DNA of 64,000 nt from Eledone cirrhosa (lineage: Eukaryota), in contig OZ024742.1 in NCBI GenBank assembly GCA_964016885.1, positions 27,342,001 to 27,406,000 of the forward strand, given 5' to 3'. A model generated the notes under the pieces. That model saw only the letters and a program-made list of their open reading frames with translations, made no database searches and had not been told where the DNA came from. The stretch's first letter is position 1, and every line of letters starts with the position of its first letter. Below, in pieces: positions 25,826-40,057 of this stretch. Both the position numbers and the translations under genes were made by a program.

Positions 25826-28075
25826 TTATCTCTTTCTCTTAATTTTGAGTATATTTTTTTGACCGGCCACCTTCCTGGTGGCAAGGTTGTAAAAGAAAAG
25901 AAATTGTCATCCCTTGAATCGCAAGAATGTTTTGCAAATTTTGAAGGTGCCAGCTATCGCAGCCATTTGTAGACCATGAATTAGGGAGCTGCGCTCTTTG
26001 TCCGCAAATCCAAGTTCAGTCATACTTTGGTCCAAACGGGTTGGTATATAACCCGTACCTCCAATAATTGTTTCTACTTTAGGCACAAGGCCAGCAATTA
26101 CTCAGTGCATTACTGGTACTTTATTTTATCGACCCCGTAAGGATGAAAGGCAAAGTCGACCTCGGCGAGATTTGAAACTCAGACCCGTAGCTCCAATAAT
26201 GATGGGTATGAAGCTAAAAGTGTATCTTGGATATTGGATTTGCAAACTCCTCATCAATGGTCCGTAGATGTCCTCCTTCTCCTGTATTTTCTGACAACGT
26301 TTAATTCGAGTGGGCAGCTGATCTCCACAACAGAACATGTTTTCAATGTGTGGTCCCAAACATCAATATCAGGCCGGTAGTGCTTTAATTTGGTGGCAGT
26401 TTTTATTTTCAGGTTCTACCAGTATTCCTTAGTGCCATCTGTCTCAATATATTCTTCCTCGTTTGTTTTCCGAAGTGCGTTCCAGATGGTTCTAGCTATC
26501 CCATCGTGTCTCATGGGGAGGTAGTAGCGAGATGACATTCTTTCGCAGCTGGCAACAATGTGGCTTACATCCACGATCTTTGTTTTACATAGCCTACATT
26601 TATTGTCAGCTGATGGCCCTTTTGTGCAGCAGATATTTTGTAGGGAGTTCTTGTTCCTGTTTTGCATAGAGATATCCCTCAAGGTGTGATGTCATAAACC
26701 TGTCGGAACTCTATGCCAGGCTTTTTGAGTGGTTTATCCCCTCTATGGTCTGTGTTTTACGTCTCAAGTATCCATGCACAACTTTTTCTGTAAATTGGTC
26801 AATGTTTTCATCTTGTTTGAACAATGAATAGGATCTTCCGATTTCTCTGGGTGAGAGATTTATATCAGGCTTTATTCCATATCTCTCCTCCAGATCAGTG
26901 GCTATTCTAATGATTTTTTTTTTCATGCTCATAAACCTGGGCAAGATGGTTGCTAACCTTTTTCCTCTGTTGAAGGTGTTGCTTCAGTGTTACTCTCCGG
27001 GTCTCATATGATGTTAATATGTAATTTAGACCCCGGCCACCTTCCTTGCGTGAGAAGTATAGCCTATCCACATCACCATTGATTTTAAAGTTCCCAGTAA
27101 AACTGAGAAGTTTTCGAGTTCTAACATCCATCTCACTTAGTTCTTGCAATGACCATGGCACAGCATAAGTATTGTGGGCAATGTATTTGTTGTACGCTGA
27201 CAATTCTGATGACCATATTTTCTTTACTCTTCTGAAGTATTCACTTCTGGTTCTCTCCTTATTTATGGGTCCATCATAACTGACATTCTCATCCTGTCCA
27301 AGATATCTGTAGTTGTCACCTGACGGTAGAGGTTGTATTGTCAGGCCGTTCATCTCTAGATTTCTAGAGGAGGGCACAGCTCTTCCACGTTTTACTGCCA
27401 AATATGCACACTTGGACTCACCAAATTTCATTTTGATGTCTGTTGAAAATTGTGTAATGAGGTCCAATTGTTTCTTGATGTCATTGATATTTGGCCAATA
27501 CAACTTCAGGTCATCAACAAAGAAAAGATGGGAGATACTTCTGGACCCACATCTTTGTCCACCTTGTTTCCTGAGTAGGTAAGATAGTGGATTTAGTGAG
27601 AGAACGAAGAGTAGCACTGACAAGCTATCACCCTGAAAGATGCCATTCTGGTAATGTATCCTATCAGTCTTAACTTGCTCCTTCTCACCTCTAAGGATCA
27701 AATTGGTGTACCAGTTCTTGGTTAGACGTTCAACAGCAGCTACCAGTGGTTGTGGGACTTTGGCTAACTGAAAAGCCACAACAATCCACCCATGAGGTAC
27801 ACTATCAAATGCTTTTTGATAGTCCAGCCACACCACAGTCATGTTTCTGCGATTCTTTGTTGTTTTTTCTTGAATGATTTTATTAGTTAGTAGGTGATCT
27901 ATGCAACCTCACACCTCCCTCTTTCCACCAGCTTGCTCAGGTCTTATGATGTTGTTAGTAGCACAGTGATCCTGTAAGAACAGGTTAAGGCACCCAGTAT
28001 ATCATTTATACATGATGTTTTGGCAGTCTATTGGGCGGTAATTTTTAGCAAGTGTGGTTTGGCTATTTTCGGGAA
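25826..28075 (-). mobile_element. R4/Dong-like RLE non-LTR retrotransposon, 5'-truncated, with a SINE inserted near its 3' end
   Basis: NYRPI, WLDYQKAFDSVPH, GIFQGDSLS, HLFFVDDLKLY, YRYLG, EGGRGL, CRLC...HIVASC...YYLPMRHD, HYRPDI, PIIIGATGYIP...LQMAAIAGTFKICKTF. Confidence 0.9.
26069..26182 (-). mobile_element. SINE family 1, 5'-truncated, nested in the R4/Dong-like LINE
   Basis: TSD acccgta(c/g)ctccaataat at 26051-26068 and 26183-26200. Confidence 0.88.
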
Positions 28076-28329
28076 TGAATATGTATGTATGTATTTTTGT
28101 ATGTATGTATGTATGTATGTATGTATGTATGTATGTATGTATGTATGTATCTTTGTATGTATGTTCTTCTGGTTTTATAATTTCACAAAGTTTTCCCAAT
28201 AGAGAGAGAGTCGGTTTCTAACATAGACACAAGACTCTCTCATTGGAATTTACACAACATCAACTAGGTAGATATGTATGTATGCATGCATGTGTAGATA
28301 TGGATGTTATTGTATGTGTGGATGTGGAT

Positions 28330-29663
28330 GTTTTTAGTTGTATGTGTGCATGCGTATATGCTTTGCATCTGTATATGTGTAGTTGCAGTTATTAGATGCA
28401 AAATGTTTGGAATGTCTTACATATTTTTACTGTTCCATTAATGGATTGTACTTGTAATTTCCTAACTAGTTGTGTTCTTTCTGTTCCTATGAAGCCTAGC
28501 TTCTCAAGATTTGTATTGAGGCAGTTACTAACATATCCCAGTGCCCCAATAATCACAGGCATAAATCTGAAGGTGTAATCAGGGTGGAGTATCTACAGAT
28601 TTCTCATCAATTCTGCATAAATGTTCTCCTTTTCACTAATCTTTGATATTATATTGGCATCTGCTGGGCAGCTAATTTCTACTAATGTGCATGCTTTCTT
28701 CTTCCTGTCCCATATCATAATATCTGGTCTGTTATGGCTGCATTTTATTGGGGTTTTTACTGGAACATTCCACCAGTACTCTTTCATATTATGTACATGG
28801 ATGTCTTCCACATTGCTGTAGCTTTTAATGTGTTTATTATCGGGGCTATCTTTTTTACGAACTGCATCGTACAGTGTTTTGGCCACTACATCATGCCTCA
28901 TAGGTAGATAGTACCGCGATGACATCTTTGGACAGCTGCTGATGACATGGGTGATATCCTCGATGTTATTCTGCAGAGTTCGCACTTGTCATCACATCTA
29001 GGTGTTTTGCCTGCATCCCTATCTCTTTTGTGAATCAGGTATTTCGTGCTAAACTCCTGTTCCTGGATTGCAAAAGCGTATCCTTCAAAGTGGGAGCCAA
29101 TATAGCGGTTGTTGGTCCAAGATAGACTACTTTCCTTATCTATATTACTCTCACTCTGGAGCTTCCTGGCAACATATCCATGCATGATTTTTTGCTGATA
29201 GGCATGCAGTTTTTCATCCATGGATTCACTGCGATACTGCTGAGCGACATCCATGGGTGTGAGTTTTTGATTATCTCCACAGGGAATATCTCTCGAGGAG
29301 TTCCTCCCAACTCTCATGATCTTATCTGTTTCATGCAGATAGACTTGCTCGAGAAACGGCTGCTACGCTTCGAGGTTCGTAGATGTTGTCGGAGAGATGT
29401 GATGCGACATTCAAATGTTGTCTGGACTGATGTTCGGCCTCTGCCTCCCTGCTTACGTTTCAAGTAAAGGCGGTCTATGTCACTGTTGATGTGGAAGTTT
29501 CCGGTGTTGTTCGTTATTTTTCGAGTTCCAACATCAACTGCTCGGATTTCGTCTATCGTCCAATTGAGTATTCCAAACGTTGGTGTTAGGACAGGCACAG
29601 CAAATACATCGTGAGCCACTGTTTTGTTTTGCGCAGAGAGTTCCGATGACCAGATCTTTCTTA
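28330..29663 (-). mobile_element. Second, divergent R4/Dong-like LINE 3' fragment
   Basis: KIWSSELSAQNK, RLYLKRKQGGRG, FAIQEQE, HVISSCPKMSSRYYLPMRHD, EYWWN, HNRPDIMIWD, LVEISCP. Confidence 0.88.
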
Positions 29664-29719
29664 ATATGTATGTATCTTTGTATGTATGCATATATGCAGG
29701 TATATATGTGCGTATGTAT

Positions 29720-29761
<42 letters not shown>

Positions 29762-29975
29762 ATACATATATACCATACATATATAGTTCGCAATAAAAGA
29801 GATAAAAAAAAACAGACAAACAACGCAGGAGTAAATGTTACAAATATTATTAGTTTCACTCTCTATATACATATATACATATACATATATATATATATTT
29901 AGCATACACACGCACATACGTAATTATATACATATATACATGTATATATACAGACACACACAAACACACATACAG

Positions 29976-30055
<80 letters not shown>

Positions 30056-31609
30056 GTAGGTAAAATGTGATATTATGTATATGAATGTCGTTATGTGATA
30101 TATGTGTGTCTGTGTGTGTGTGTGTGTAGGTAGAGAGGTACTAAGTGTGTGTATGTGGTTATGTAATATGTATATGTGTGTGTGTGTGTGTGTGTAGGTA
30201 GAGAGGTATTATTATATGTATGTGGTTATGTATTGACGTATATAATCCTGTGCATGTTTCTAAAATATATTGGTATTCTATAATATATTGTATGTAGGTG
30301 GAATGTAAGATTAAAGACTTGGTTTTAATTATTGATTTTTTTTACTAGTACATTACAGAGGTTTTGGTAAGTGTAGGTTGATGTGCGAGAGTACAGCTGT
30401 TGGTTTTTATTCTTCCATGAACACTTCGTGTTAGATTAAAGAATTTTGGGGTGTTTTAGTTGTCTTTTTAATACTAGTCTGCTGATTCTTGGTTAGATTG
30501 ATACTCTGTGTAGTTTTTAAAGATTCTTCAACAAAATTTTGTAAGATGGCGAATTGGTAGAGTTGTTAGAACGTCGGATAGAATGTTGTGTGATATTCAT
30601 TTCGACTCTGTATTTTCTGACTTGCAGGTTTTCAGCAGACGTCTTTCTCTCTACTCTAAGCCCAGAACGCATATGTTTATAGATAATTCAGTGTAATATA
30701 ATTGTTTCTACTTTTGGCACAAGGCCAGCAATTTTCCAAGTGTATTACTGGTGCTTTATTTTATCGACGCCATAAGGATGAAAGGCAAAGTTAACCTCAG
30801 CGGGATTTGAACTCAGACTATAAAGGGTCGTAACTCTTGTGCGGCAAATCATGGCGTCAGACCCTCTACCGATACTGCCAGGTGACGAATTGGGGTCGAT
30901 AAAATATGTATTAGTGAAGTAATTGGTTGATAAAATCATCTAGTTACCACCTCGAAATAAATGAAACCCTCTTTCTATGTAAGAATTTATAATTTACAAA
31001 ACTCTCAGTCTCTCAAACGTTCACTCCTTGGATTTGCATTTGAATATAAGGAGGGGGTGGCATAGAAACCGTATTTTGAGGGGTTGGCAGACCCCATCTC
31101 CTCTCCAGGTCTGAATACAGCAGAACTCTTCAAGAAAAAGATAAAGGGTGAAAGAATGAAAGTGACGAAGAGATATAGAGGAAACATCGACTCCAGTACC
31201 TGACTGGTATTTTGTTATCTACCTTGAATGGATGAAAGTCAAAGTTGACATCGGCGGTATTTAAAGGAATACCACAAACCATTATATCCGATGTTCTATC
31301 GACTCTGTCAATAGATTCAGGTTTACAGCATTGATAATAAATAAAACAATATAATTACTAAACAATGAAAAGGGGGATATAAGTCCTATAATATGGCAGT
31401 CGCTTGACGTGCGGAAGGTTGATGTGCAATTTACCTTATCTCGCATTACATCATCTTAAAAAGAAAGGTCACATTTTGAATATATTTCTCACATTTCTAC
31501 CAGTGAGGGAAGAGCAGTGTCCATGACAATCTCCGAGGAGGAGACAATGGAAGTTAGAAAGGAGGAAAGTATCCTCAAACCGTATATTTAGTTCGAATAC
31601 TTGCGAAAG

Positions 31610-32035
31610 AGGAGACTCTGCTAATGTTACCCCGGAAGCAGATAGGTCAGTTAAACTGGACAACAAATTAAACACTAAACCGAGGGTCAGGTACGGCTGC
31701 TAAACTTGGCAAAAGAGTGGATGCCGCTATTGTTACCCGAGGGTCATGTAATGGTGTTAAACTAGGCAACAGAGTGGTGTCTGTTAAAATTATGCCAGAG
31801 TAATGGTACCCGAGGACCAAAAAGGGATGTTAACCTGGACAACAGAGTGGACTGTGGTAGTGTTACCCGGAGGCTATGGAGAGTTGTTAAACTGGACAAC
31901 AAATTAGACTCCGCTATTGTTACCCGGGGGTCAGGGAGTTGTGTTAAACTGGGCAACGGTGTGGACTTTTCTAATGGTACCCGAGTGACGGGGAGGGGTG
32001 TTCAACCGGGCAACAAAGTGGACGTTGCTAACGAA
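31610..32035. repeat. Degenerate ~59-bp minisatellite
   Basis: Recurring gttaaactggacaacagagtggac...tgttacccg units. Confidence 0.75.
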
Positions 32036-32878
32036 AGCAGGTGTCGAGTAAAAGTGATGGTTTAAATATGCCTACCACATAAATTGACCACAGCAATATT
32101 TGAACTAAAAAAGACGGGATGGTCAATTGGGATGCTTTTTATTATTTTTGATCTTATCAGTATTACCAATTAATTCTTTTCCAGTGTCTACATTTTAACT
32201 ATGGTTAGATCATGTTAAGATAACAATACATTTCGAAAGACATTTCACTGTTTTGCTCCTACGACAAGTTAGGAGCGTCAATCACCTAAGCTTGCCAAAT
32301 AAATGATATTCCGCAGAGTGTATATTTCACACACAATTGAACAGATATCATTTTATAATGTATCTTTATAAAGAGAATATGTTTGGTTGATAATTTGTTG
32401 TATCACACTGACAGACAAAGGTGTTAAAATGTTAAAGTTATGACCACATATACTTTAGTAAGAGGTACGTACATAGACAGAGACACTCACACACTCACAC
32501 ACTCATACACACACACACACACACACACACATAAATGCATACATACATAAACCCATGCGCTCACACATATACAGAGACACTCACAAACATACACACACAC
32601 ATACATACATACACCCATGCGCGCACACATATACAGAGACACTCGCAAACATACATACACACACCCATGCGCACACACATATACCCACACACATACGCAC
32701 CCACCCACACACACACAAACACAACACACACACACACACACACACACACAATACACACTCACACTCACACACACACACACACACACACACAATACACACA
32801 CACGTTCGCCTATTATTTTGAGTGTTTCCTAAACTGTTTCATTTTAGAATATTGAAATATTTGAGTGGAATATATCGA

Positions 32879-33184
32879 CAGGGCCGGATTTAATGAGGGG
32901 TGTTAGGGGACAATTGCCCCCAGGTCCCTGCACTGTGGGGTCCCACCAGCGACAGCCGGAGCTATTTATTTGTGCCCTCCCTCAGCTGGGCTTTTTAGTT
33001 TTAGGGTGGTTAGCATTCTTGAATCTAATACCTGTATGTATAATTTTCAATTGCAATTAGTTGCGCCAAGCTAACTTTGATATATAAAAATGGAAGTTTG
33101 CTGTGTATTCTAATTTTTTGTGCATGAGCTCATCCCCCCAAAAATGAAGTGCCCTGGGGCCCCCAATGTCTAAATCTAACTCTG
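32879..33184. mobile_element. Probable hAT-type MITE
   Basis: Imperfect TIRs cagggccggattta / taaatctaactctg with GC-rich subterminal ggggccc motifs. Confidence 0.5.
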
Positions 33185-33227
33185 TATGTAGGAGCTTTAC
33201 TTTTAAAATTATTCATTCGGATGTGAC

Positions 33228-33365
33228 ATCACCACCATAGGCGCTGAGCTGGCCAGCCGCAGGTGTGAGGCCCGCGAGATGGAATGGCTCTTCCAGCGCG
33301 ACTCCTTTGCCATCCTCCGGCGAAACGCCTTCTCTATCCTGTCCGCCGGGGCTGTGGGGAGACAA
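33228..33365 (+). mobile_element. CRE-like RLE LINE extreme 3' fragment
   Basis: Reverse-complement paralog of 39640-39890; reads IGAELASRRCEAREMEWLFQRDSFAILRRNAFSIL. Confidence 0.7.
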
Positions 33366-34092
33366 GCCGATTATATTACGAATTCTGTTGAATAGTCTTA
33401 AATACTTCAATAAGCTGTATATCTAGAGTCTATATATGTATGTTTGCATGCATGAATGAATTCGCCTGATGGACTATAATAAACAGAAAGGATCTAAGAA
33501 CAGGACTCTGGTACCTTTAGCTCCAGCTTGCTCTGCTCTTCTCTGTCGATGGGCCACCAGTAGTTTTAAGTTTAATACCGTTCGATATCTACTTACATCC
33601 CGTTTGAAAATAAAAACAACCACAACAACAACCACTCAGTAATGTCCTTTTTTTGTTTCTTTGTTTTTGTTTTAAAAAAATCAAGTATGCCATGTGACTT
33701 CTTTAAATCATAGACGCAGTATGACAGAATAGTTAAGATGTTCGTTTCACAATTATTAGGTTCCACGTTCGATCCCTTAGCGCGGCATCTAGGAGAAGTG
33801 TCATTTACCATAACCTCGGGTTCACCCATGTATTGTGAGTAAAATTGGGTAGATGGAAACTGGTTTAAAACCAGTTGGATGAATGGTAGAGACTGAGTTC
33901 ACCTTCTCATAAATTGTGTTAGCTGAATCTCCCTGACAACTATATTAACAATACACGTGTATGTGGAATACTCATCCACATACATGTTAATTTCAAGCGC
34001 AGGCAGTTACAGTGACGAAGCAACAGAAAAACTCGTCTTGAATGTATGGACTTTTCACTCTTGAATCACAACTTTCAAGTTACTGAACTTTA

Positions 34093-34290
34093 GTGGATTG
34101 GCAGTATCGGTAGAGAGTCAGGCACCATGCTTTGCAGTATAGAGTTACGGTCTTTTACGGTCTGAGTTCAAATCCCGCCAAGGTTAACTTTGCCTTTCAT
34201 CCTGACGGGATCGATAAAATAAAGCACCAGTATTGCACTGGGGTCGATTTAATCGACTTTCCCCTACCCCCAAATTACTGGCCTTGTGCC
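34093..34290 (+). mobile_element. SINE family 1, representative dispersed copy
   Basis: Same consensus. Other copies at about 3945-4100(-), 6253-6414(+), 14139-14310(+), 30700-30880(-), 34730-34977(-), 36980-37035(-), 41052-41270(+), 41820-41970(+), 54637-54830(+), 55258-55450(+), 56055-56219(+) and 63000-63190(+). Confidence 0.88.
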
Positions 34291-35595
34291 TATACTAGAA
34301 ATCGTTATTACTCTGAAGAAGGTTTGTCAAAAACCCAAGATAGTTAATTTCATTAGTAAAGACATATGCTACTAATGATTAAGGTGTTGAATCTACGAAA
34401 TTCTACCACCTACTAACTACTCAATGGAATTTCCTCATTATCCTTGTCATTTCTGCAACTATTAATCTACCATGGCTCAGGTGTAACATAAACCACATCC
34501 TAACGGTGTCGTATACATAACATATAAAAAAGAAAAAAAGGTCACTGTTTTACAGAACTTTCAGCTGATATCTCGACCGTGTCAATGTCACGTGTCTGGC
34601 AGTGTGACCTGTAAAGGTCCTCATCACATCCACACCGCCTTCCCCTATCTTCTAAGGTTATCTATTAATGTATATATGAGGTAACTTACCTTATAAAACA
34701 ATTTCTTAATAGTACAGTCTATTATAAATAATAGTTCCTACTTTAGTACAAGGCCACCATTTACCCCAGTGCATTACTGGTACTTTATTATTATAAATAA
34801 TAGTTCCTACTTTAGCACAAGGCCACCATTTACCCCAGTGCATTACTGCTGCTTTATTTTATCGAACCCTTAAAGAGGAAAGGCAATGATACCTCAGCGG
34901 GATTTGAAATCAGAACGTAAAGAGTCATAACTCGATGCTGCGAAGCAAGGTGTCTGATGCACTACCGATACTGCCATATAAATAATATGAGGTATGAAAA
35001 TGTTTCGTCACGCTTCTATGACTTGACCCTTGAGATAGCGCCACTATGTGATTATATATATAAATATATTTACCCTTATTATTGACGATCGCGAGAATGT
35101 GTACTCAATATCAGAGTAGAAGTTAATATTTTCTTTAATAAGGTTTAACTTGAGTCCTGTTACTCTGAAGTTTCTTACACCTGCATACTGATACGGTTAT
35201 CTGAATATATATATATATTTATATATATATATGTGTGTATGTGTGTGTGTGTGTGGGTGTGTGTATAGAAAATATAACAGAGAGAGAGAGTGTGTGTTTA
35301 TTAATATACTGGGAAAACCACCAGTCTATGGAATCTATAAACTACGAAATGTGAGGTAGACGCATAATAATTAAAAATATAAATCAAATTGAATTTACCT
35401 TTGAACACATAATTTACAGGGACTAACGCGTGTCTATGACTCCGTTAATTTATCATATGTGTGCATGTAGTATCTATGTGAGTAAATTCATGTGTATGTA
35501 TATACACATATATATGTGTGTGTGTGTATTCATCATTGTCCGTATGCATGTATTAATATGACATATTAATCTGTCTTTTTGTCTTTCTGCTACAG

Positions 35596-35748
35596 TACCA
35601 CCGACAATTATCAGTCATTTGTCCAGTATTGATATGGAGGTACGAGAAGGTGACACAGTAACATTAATATGCAATGTTACCGGAATCCCACATCCTAACG
35701 TTACGTGGTATCGACAATCAGCCAGTAATGACTATTCTACGATGGAAA
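35596..35748 (+). CDS. Exon of the same gene: N-terminal half of Ig domain 2 (absent from the ORF track)
   Basis: Acceptor tttctgctacag| and donor A|gtaagt; 153 nt, phase 1-1. Encodes (V)PPTIISHLSSIDMEVREGDTVTLICNVTGIPHPNVTWYRQSASNDYSTME, in frame with the previous exon across a ~29.5 kb intron. Confidence 0.93.
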
Positions 35749-35817
35749 GTAAGTAAATTACATTTTATTATTAAAACATCTTGATATAAGCCAAAACCTA
35801 TTGCGCCGCGGTCGATA

Positions 35818-35856
<39 letters not shown>

Positions 35857-36569
35857 CTCTATCTCTCTATCTCTCTCTCTATCACTCTCTCATATATATA
35901 TATATGTATGTGTGTGGGGGGGGGTATGTGTGTGTGTGTGTGTGTGTGTATGTGTGTTCAGTAAGCATAATTGCGAAGGTCGGATGCAAATGTTCAAAAT
36001 TCCTTCATTCTCAAAGCTGTGATACATATTTCAATGGTGATTATGACTCCATGTTGCTTCGATCACGCAACCAGTAGCCCTACATCACCAGACAGCATAT
36101 TATGCAGTAAGGTTATGTTCCCAATGCAATACAAACTAAAAGACAGGGGAACGTACTAATATGGTATTTACACCACTGACGTCTGTCCTCCTAATTTTAA
36201 AGAGTTTGTATAGAATAGCTTGTTCGCTAATAGCGTTGAATTATAACAGACAAAGAATTAAGGAAAGTAGGAGAGGAGGAGGAAAATGAAATTGATTAAG
36301 ATGTGAAAAAATGTACAATATAATTGTAAAGTTATGTGTGTAGCTGTACAAGGCGTGTAGCGGTACAACTTGATTAAAATATTGTGAATATGTATAACTT
36401 GTTTAAAATGCTTTGAAAATTTAATTATAACTTCAAAAATTATTTATCGAAAATAGAACTGGCATTGAAATTCTAATGTGTATACATGTATAATAGTGGA
36501 TGAGGAGTTTGCTTATCAACCATGCGATTTGTTGTTCAATCCAGTTGCCCGGCATCTTGATCATGTGAC

Positions 36570-36958
36570 CAAATGAGGTTTGTTTTACAGCGTAGTCCCT
36601 GAAAGGAAACAATGCTGTTATTAATAAGAAGAGTTGAAATTAAAGCAGGCATGGTTTCACAGCTCTAACATCACTCCTTTATAGTCATCCAATGAAGTTT
36701 TCAGCTCACCATCGTATATATGTATACATTCCTGTATATACACATATATGCATACGAGGGTCGGTTGAAAGGTTAATAGGCTTACCAAGATACTCTCATG
36801 GAATGACCAAATGCGGTTTATTTTTCAACATAGTCTCTGGAAAGAAACAATGCAGTTATTAATGAAAAGTTGAAATTAATTAATGTAAAATGTCACAGCT
36901 CTAGCATCACTCCTTCATAGTCAGTCTCTGAACTTTTCAGCACACACACTCCTCGTAT
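36570..36958. mobile_element. Mariner-type MITE with partial tandem duplicate
   Basis: TA-CGAGGGTCGGTTGAAAGGTT at 36752 and AACTTTTCAGCAC...CCTCG-TA ending at 36957; 36567-36716 repeats 36805-36957. Confidence 0.65.
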
Positions 36959-37049
36959 AATAAAACAGCTAACCTTAATATAATTGTTTCTACTTTTTGG
37001 CACAAGGCCAGCAATTATCCCAGTACATTACTGGTATAATGGTTCAAAA

Positions 37050-38200
37050 TTATACGTTATATTTTCTGATTGTAGAAATGCACATGTACATGCTTTAAAA
37101 ATGTTCTTCCGACACTTATATATACTTTAATATTGTAAGGAGGATTACACCATCGTATAATAATGTTTTCCTTCTGTTTTCGGTCCGTCTAAGGGTGTTA
37201 TTGTCGCTGTGTATAACCTATATGCTAGATATTCAGAAGGTAATTTTCTGTGGATATACAATTAAATTGTATTAGGCTTTCTATAGTTGGATGGGCATTT
37301 TTAAAGTATCAAACTTTAATGAGATGTTAAGAAAATTGATTATTTTGTGGTCTGCGCTAACTATGATATTCCAGCTCAGACCTTTATATATATTAATGAG
37401 ATTTTCTCTAAACTTATGGTTGCAAATTATTTATATAGCTTCATGTTAGTAATATATCAATAGTATATGGCCCACCTTTTAAAAATTAAACTTAGAGTGT
37501 ATCAGGTGTAATGTTGGTTCACAAGATATCTGCCGACATATTTGGCCCGGTACTAACATCAAAGAACGAAATAGCATTTTTCACTACCCACAGGTTATTG
37601 TCAAATGATTATAACGATTTCCTCCAATGCATAATGATTTTAATATTGAATACACTATTGGAAATTTGATGGCTAGTTAAAGCTTTTTGAAGTATGGTTT
37701 TGGTAATTGAAGGGTAATAATCAATGATATCAAAATGGGTGAATATATATGTTTTGTTTAATATTGATTCTATTGACTGACTTTATAACTAAAATGCTGT
37801 TATTCCATAATGCAAAACTGGAAACGATTATTATGTTAATGTTCATTTTGTCTATAAAACGCTTGCTAACAATACCCAATTGACATTTATTTCGGTTGAT
37901 ATGTGTAGTAAATGGATTGCTCGGGAAATTATTTTTATGGCTCTTAAAGGTACAATGTAGTTTATTTAGTGCTAAATTCGCAACCATGTCTTCAATCTCT
38001 TTATATTCTGAGGTCATTGAATCTAATATTGTTTTCATATGAACTTGAGATGTTATTATATAAATATGATTGGTATATAGGATAGGTGTTACATAACGGT
38101 ATTATTTTTGTCTGCTATGAAAAGACGAAGCAGAAATTCGGTGAATTTGTGTTTTAACGATTGTTTGAATTTCTACAATTGTTGTTTAAACATATGTTTC
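37050..38200 (-). mobile_element. Highly decayed Penelope-like RT
   Basis: TFKSHKNNF.SNP...IN..KCQLGIVSKRFIDKMN...WNNS..VIK resembles the N-terminal part of PLE RTs. Confidence 0.6.
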
Positions 38201-39019
38201 TAATTGACATGATGAAGTGTGCTCCACACAACTCCAGTAATTTGTTGTAAGGAGAATATGTTAATGTTGCAAATCAGAACTATCTTTTGAATCTCTTCTC
38301 CTTCCTCATTAATTAATAAATTATATCTAATGCATACTTTTCACACATCTCATTAAGCTTGTGCTGGACTTTAACTTAAAAAAGGTTCTTACATAAAATC
38401 ATGACGAAAAGTTGTTGTTTTTTTATAAATATAAACACATTAAAACAGTTTTTATCATAGAACCGGAAGAGCAGTTTCGGGCAGTTTGGTATTAATAGGG
38501 TTAAAGGTAAATACGTAATATGATTGGTTGGCGGGAATCAATAATGTTGTATAAGATGATTTTATATAGTATTGAACAACAACAGTGTTAGGAACAAAAA
38601 AAAAGAAAGAAGTGTGTGGGGGGGGGGGATAGAAAGAGAGAAAGAAATACGAGGGAAAGGGATAAAGAAAGGATACATAAAAAAGAATTTGAATAAAACA
38701 ATAGGGATTGTATGACTGGTAGGTTTAATTATTGGAAAAAAAAATAAGAGAAAACCTTTAAGCATATTAAAGGTTTAAAATATTTATAGATTTAAATCAT
38801 CCCTATACCAATGATGTTTGTATTTAAAAAACCAAGACAGAGCGAGCAGCAGTAGAAGAAAACTTATAAAAACAATGTTTTATTTTGTAATAAGTGGTTA
38901 TAAAGAGGTCTATTTTAGTGGTTTGTTTACAAAATATTTGTTAAAAGTTAAAAGAGAATAACAACAAAATGAAGTGAGAATGAAATACATGGAAATAAAA
39001 CATGGAACAATGTGTGAGG

Positions 39020-39445
39020 TAAGCATCATCATCACCAGCGTCACCATCATCATCATCATCACCAGCATCATCACCATCATCATCATCACCAGCATCAGTA
39101 TCATCAGCATCACCATCATCACCAGCATCACCATCAGCATCATCAGCGTCATCTTTATTCTACGCGCGTTCTACCATGTTTTCATGGATCGGACGGGTTG
39201 TTTCCAGCACAAGCACCCTCTACTCACATATGTTACTTCGTCATCTCCTCTGTTAGGTTCGACATTTTGCCATCTGTTTGAACCATCACTGCCGAGGTTT
39301 TTCCCGGTCTTTTCCCTACTATTGACATCACCTGGCACTTCTTCACTCGGCGTTCTTCTTCCATACGCATCACATGTCCAAACCAACACAATCTTCTCAA
39401 TTGCATACCAGATCTAATTCCTCTCAAACCCAGTTTTTCTATTAC
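39020..39445 (-). mobile_element. RTE LINE 3' end with (GAT)n-type tail
   Basis: RRLCWFGHVMRMEEERRVKK...GKRPGKT, followed on the minus strand by a (GAT/GCT/GGT)n tract at 39022-39152. Confidence 0.75.
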
Positions 39446-39635
39446 TTCACCGACGCCTTTAAAATATAATTATAAAGTAATACTTGTGATGGTATGACTT
39501 AGTATAAGATAGATTAAAAAAATTGTTTGTCACAGCATTTTCAGAGTTTGGCATTTTTTATTTAATTAACCAGTTTAGACACTCACTTCATAACGTTTTG
39601 CATTTACAATAGTTTATAACCTTGCCTATTAATCT

Positions 39636-39888
39636 GTATGGTGAGCAAATGGGGTCCCACATGTTGGCCTCGCCACAGCCCCGGGGGACAGGATGGAGAA
39701 GGCGTTTCCCCGGAGGATGGTAAGGGAGATGCGCTGGAAGAGCCATTCCAACTCGTGAGGCTTTCACCTGCGGCTGGCTAGCTCAGCGCCTATGGTGGTG
39801 AATAGGGAGGTAGCCCTACAGCCAAGGACACCAGAAGTCTCCACTACCAAGGGCATGACCACAAACCTGTGGGAGAGCGACCGGTAAA
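39636..39888 (-). mobile_element. CRE-like RLE LINE extreme 3' fragment
   Basis: Minus strand reads RFVVMPLVVETSGVLG...IGAELASRR*KPHELEWLFQRISLTILRGNAFSIL, matching the P..VET.G / FQR.S..I.RGNA C-terminal motif of CRE-type elements. Confidence 0.75.
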
Positions 39889-40057
39889 CTTCCTAGAATA
39901 TATTTGTGTAGAAGTTATATAACGAAGATTTCGATGAAAGATCCGTTTGGCTACTATAATTAATAAATCAATGATGATGTCTAAAATGTCTAAAGTCTGT
40001 CTCGAACACGAAGGCTCATCAGTCCAGTGTTTATCCTGGAGTACAACACTCACTCAG

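Noticed and set aside
23515-25972. Long ORFs rich in YI/CV/HT/Pro/Thr (also near 13.0, 29.6, 32.5, 48.9 and 52.7 kb)
   Set aside because: Translations of microsatellites and low-complexity DNA; no splice or domain support.
34313-34345. CTGAAGA-AGGTTT..AAACC, a possible hammerhead
   Set aside because: GAAA box absent and the helix I region is occupied by a SINE; too degenerate to call.
38470-38504. ...GGG-TTAA piggyBac-like terminus
   Set aside because: No matching opposite end or transposase found in the window.
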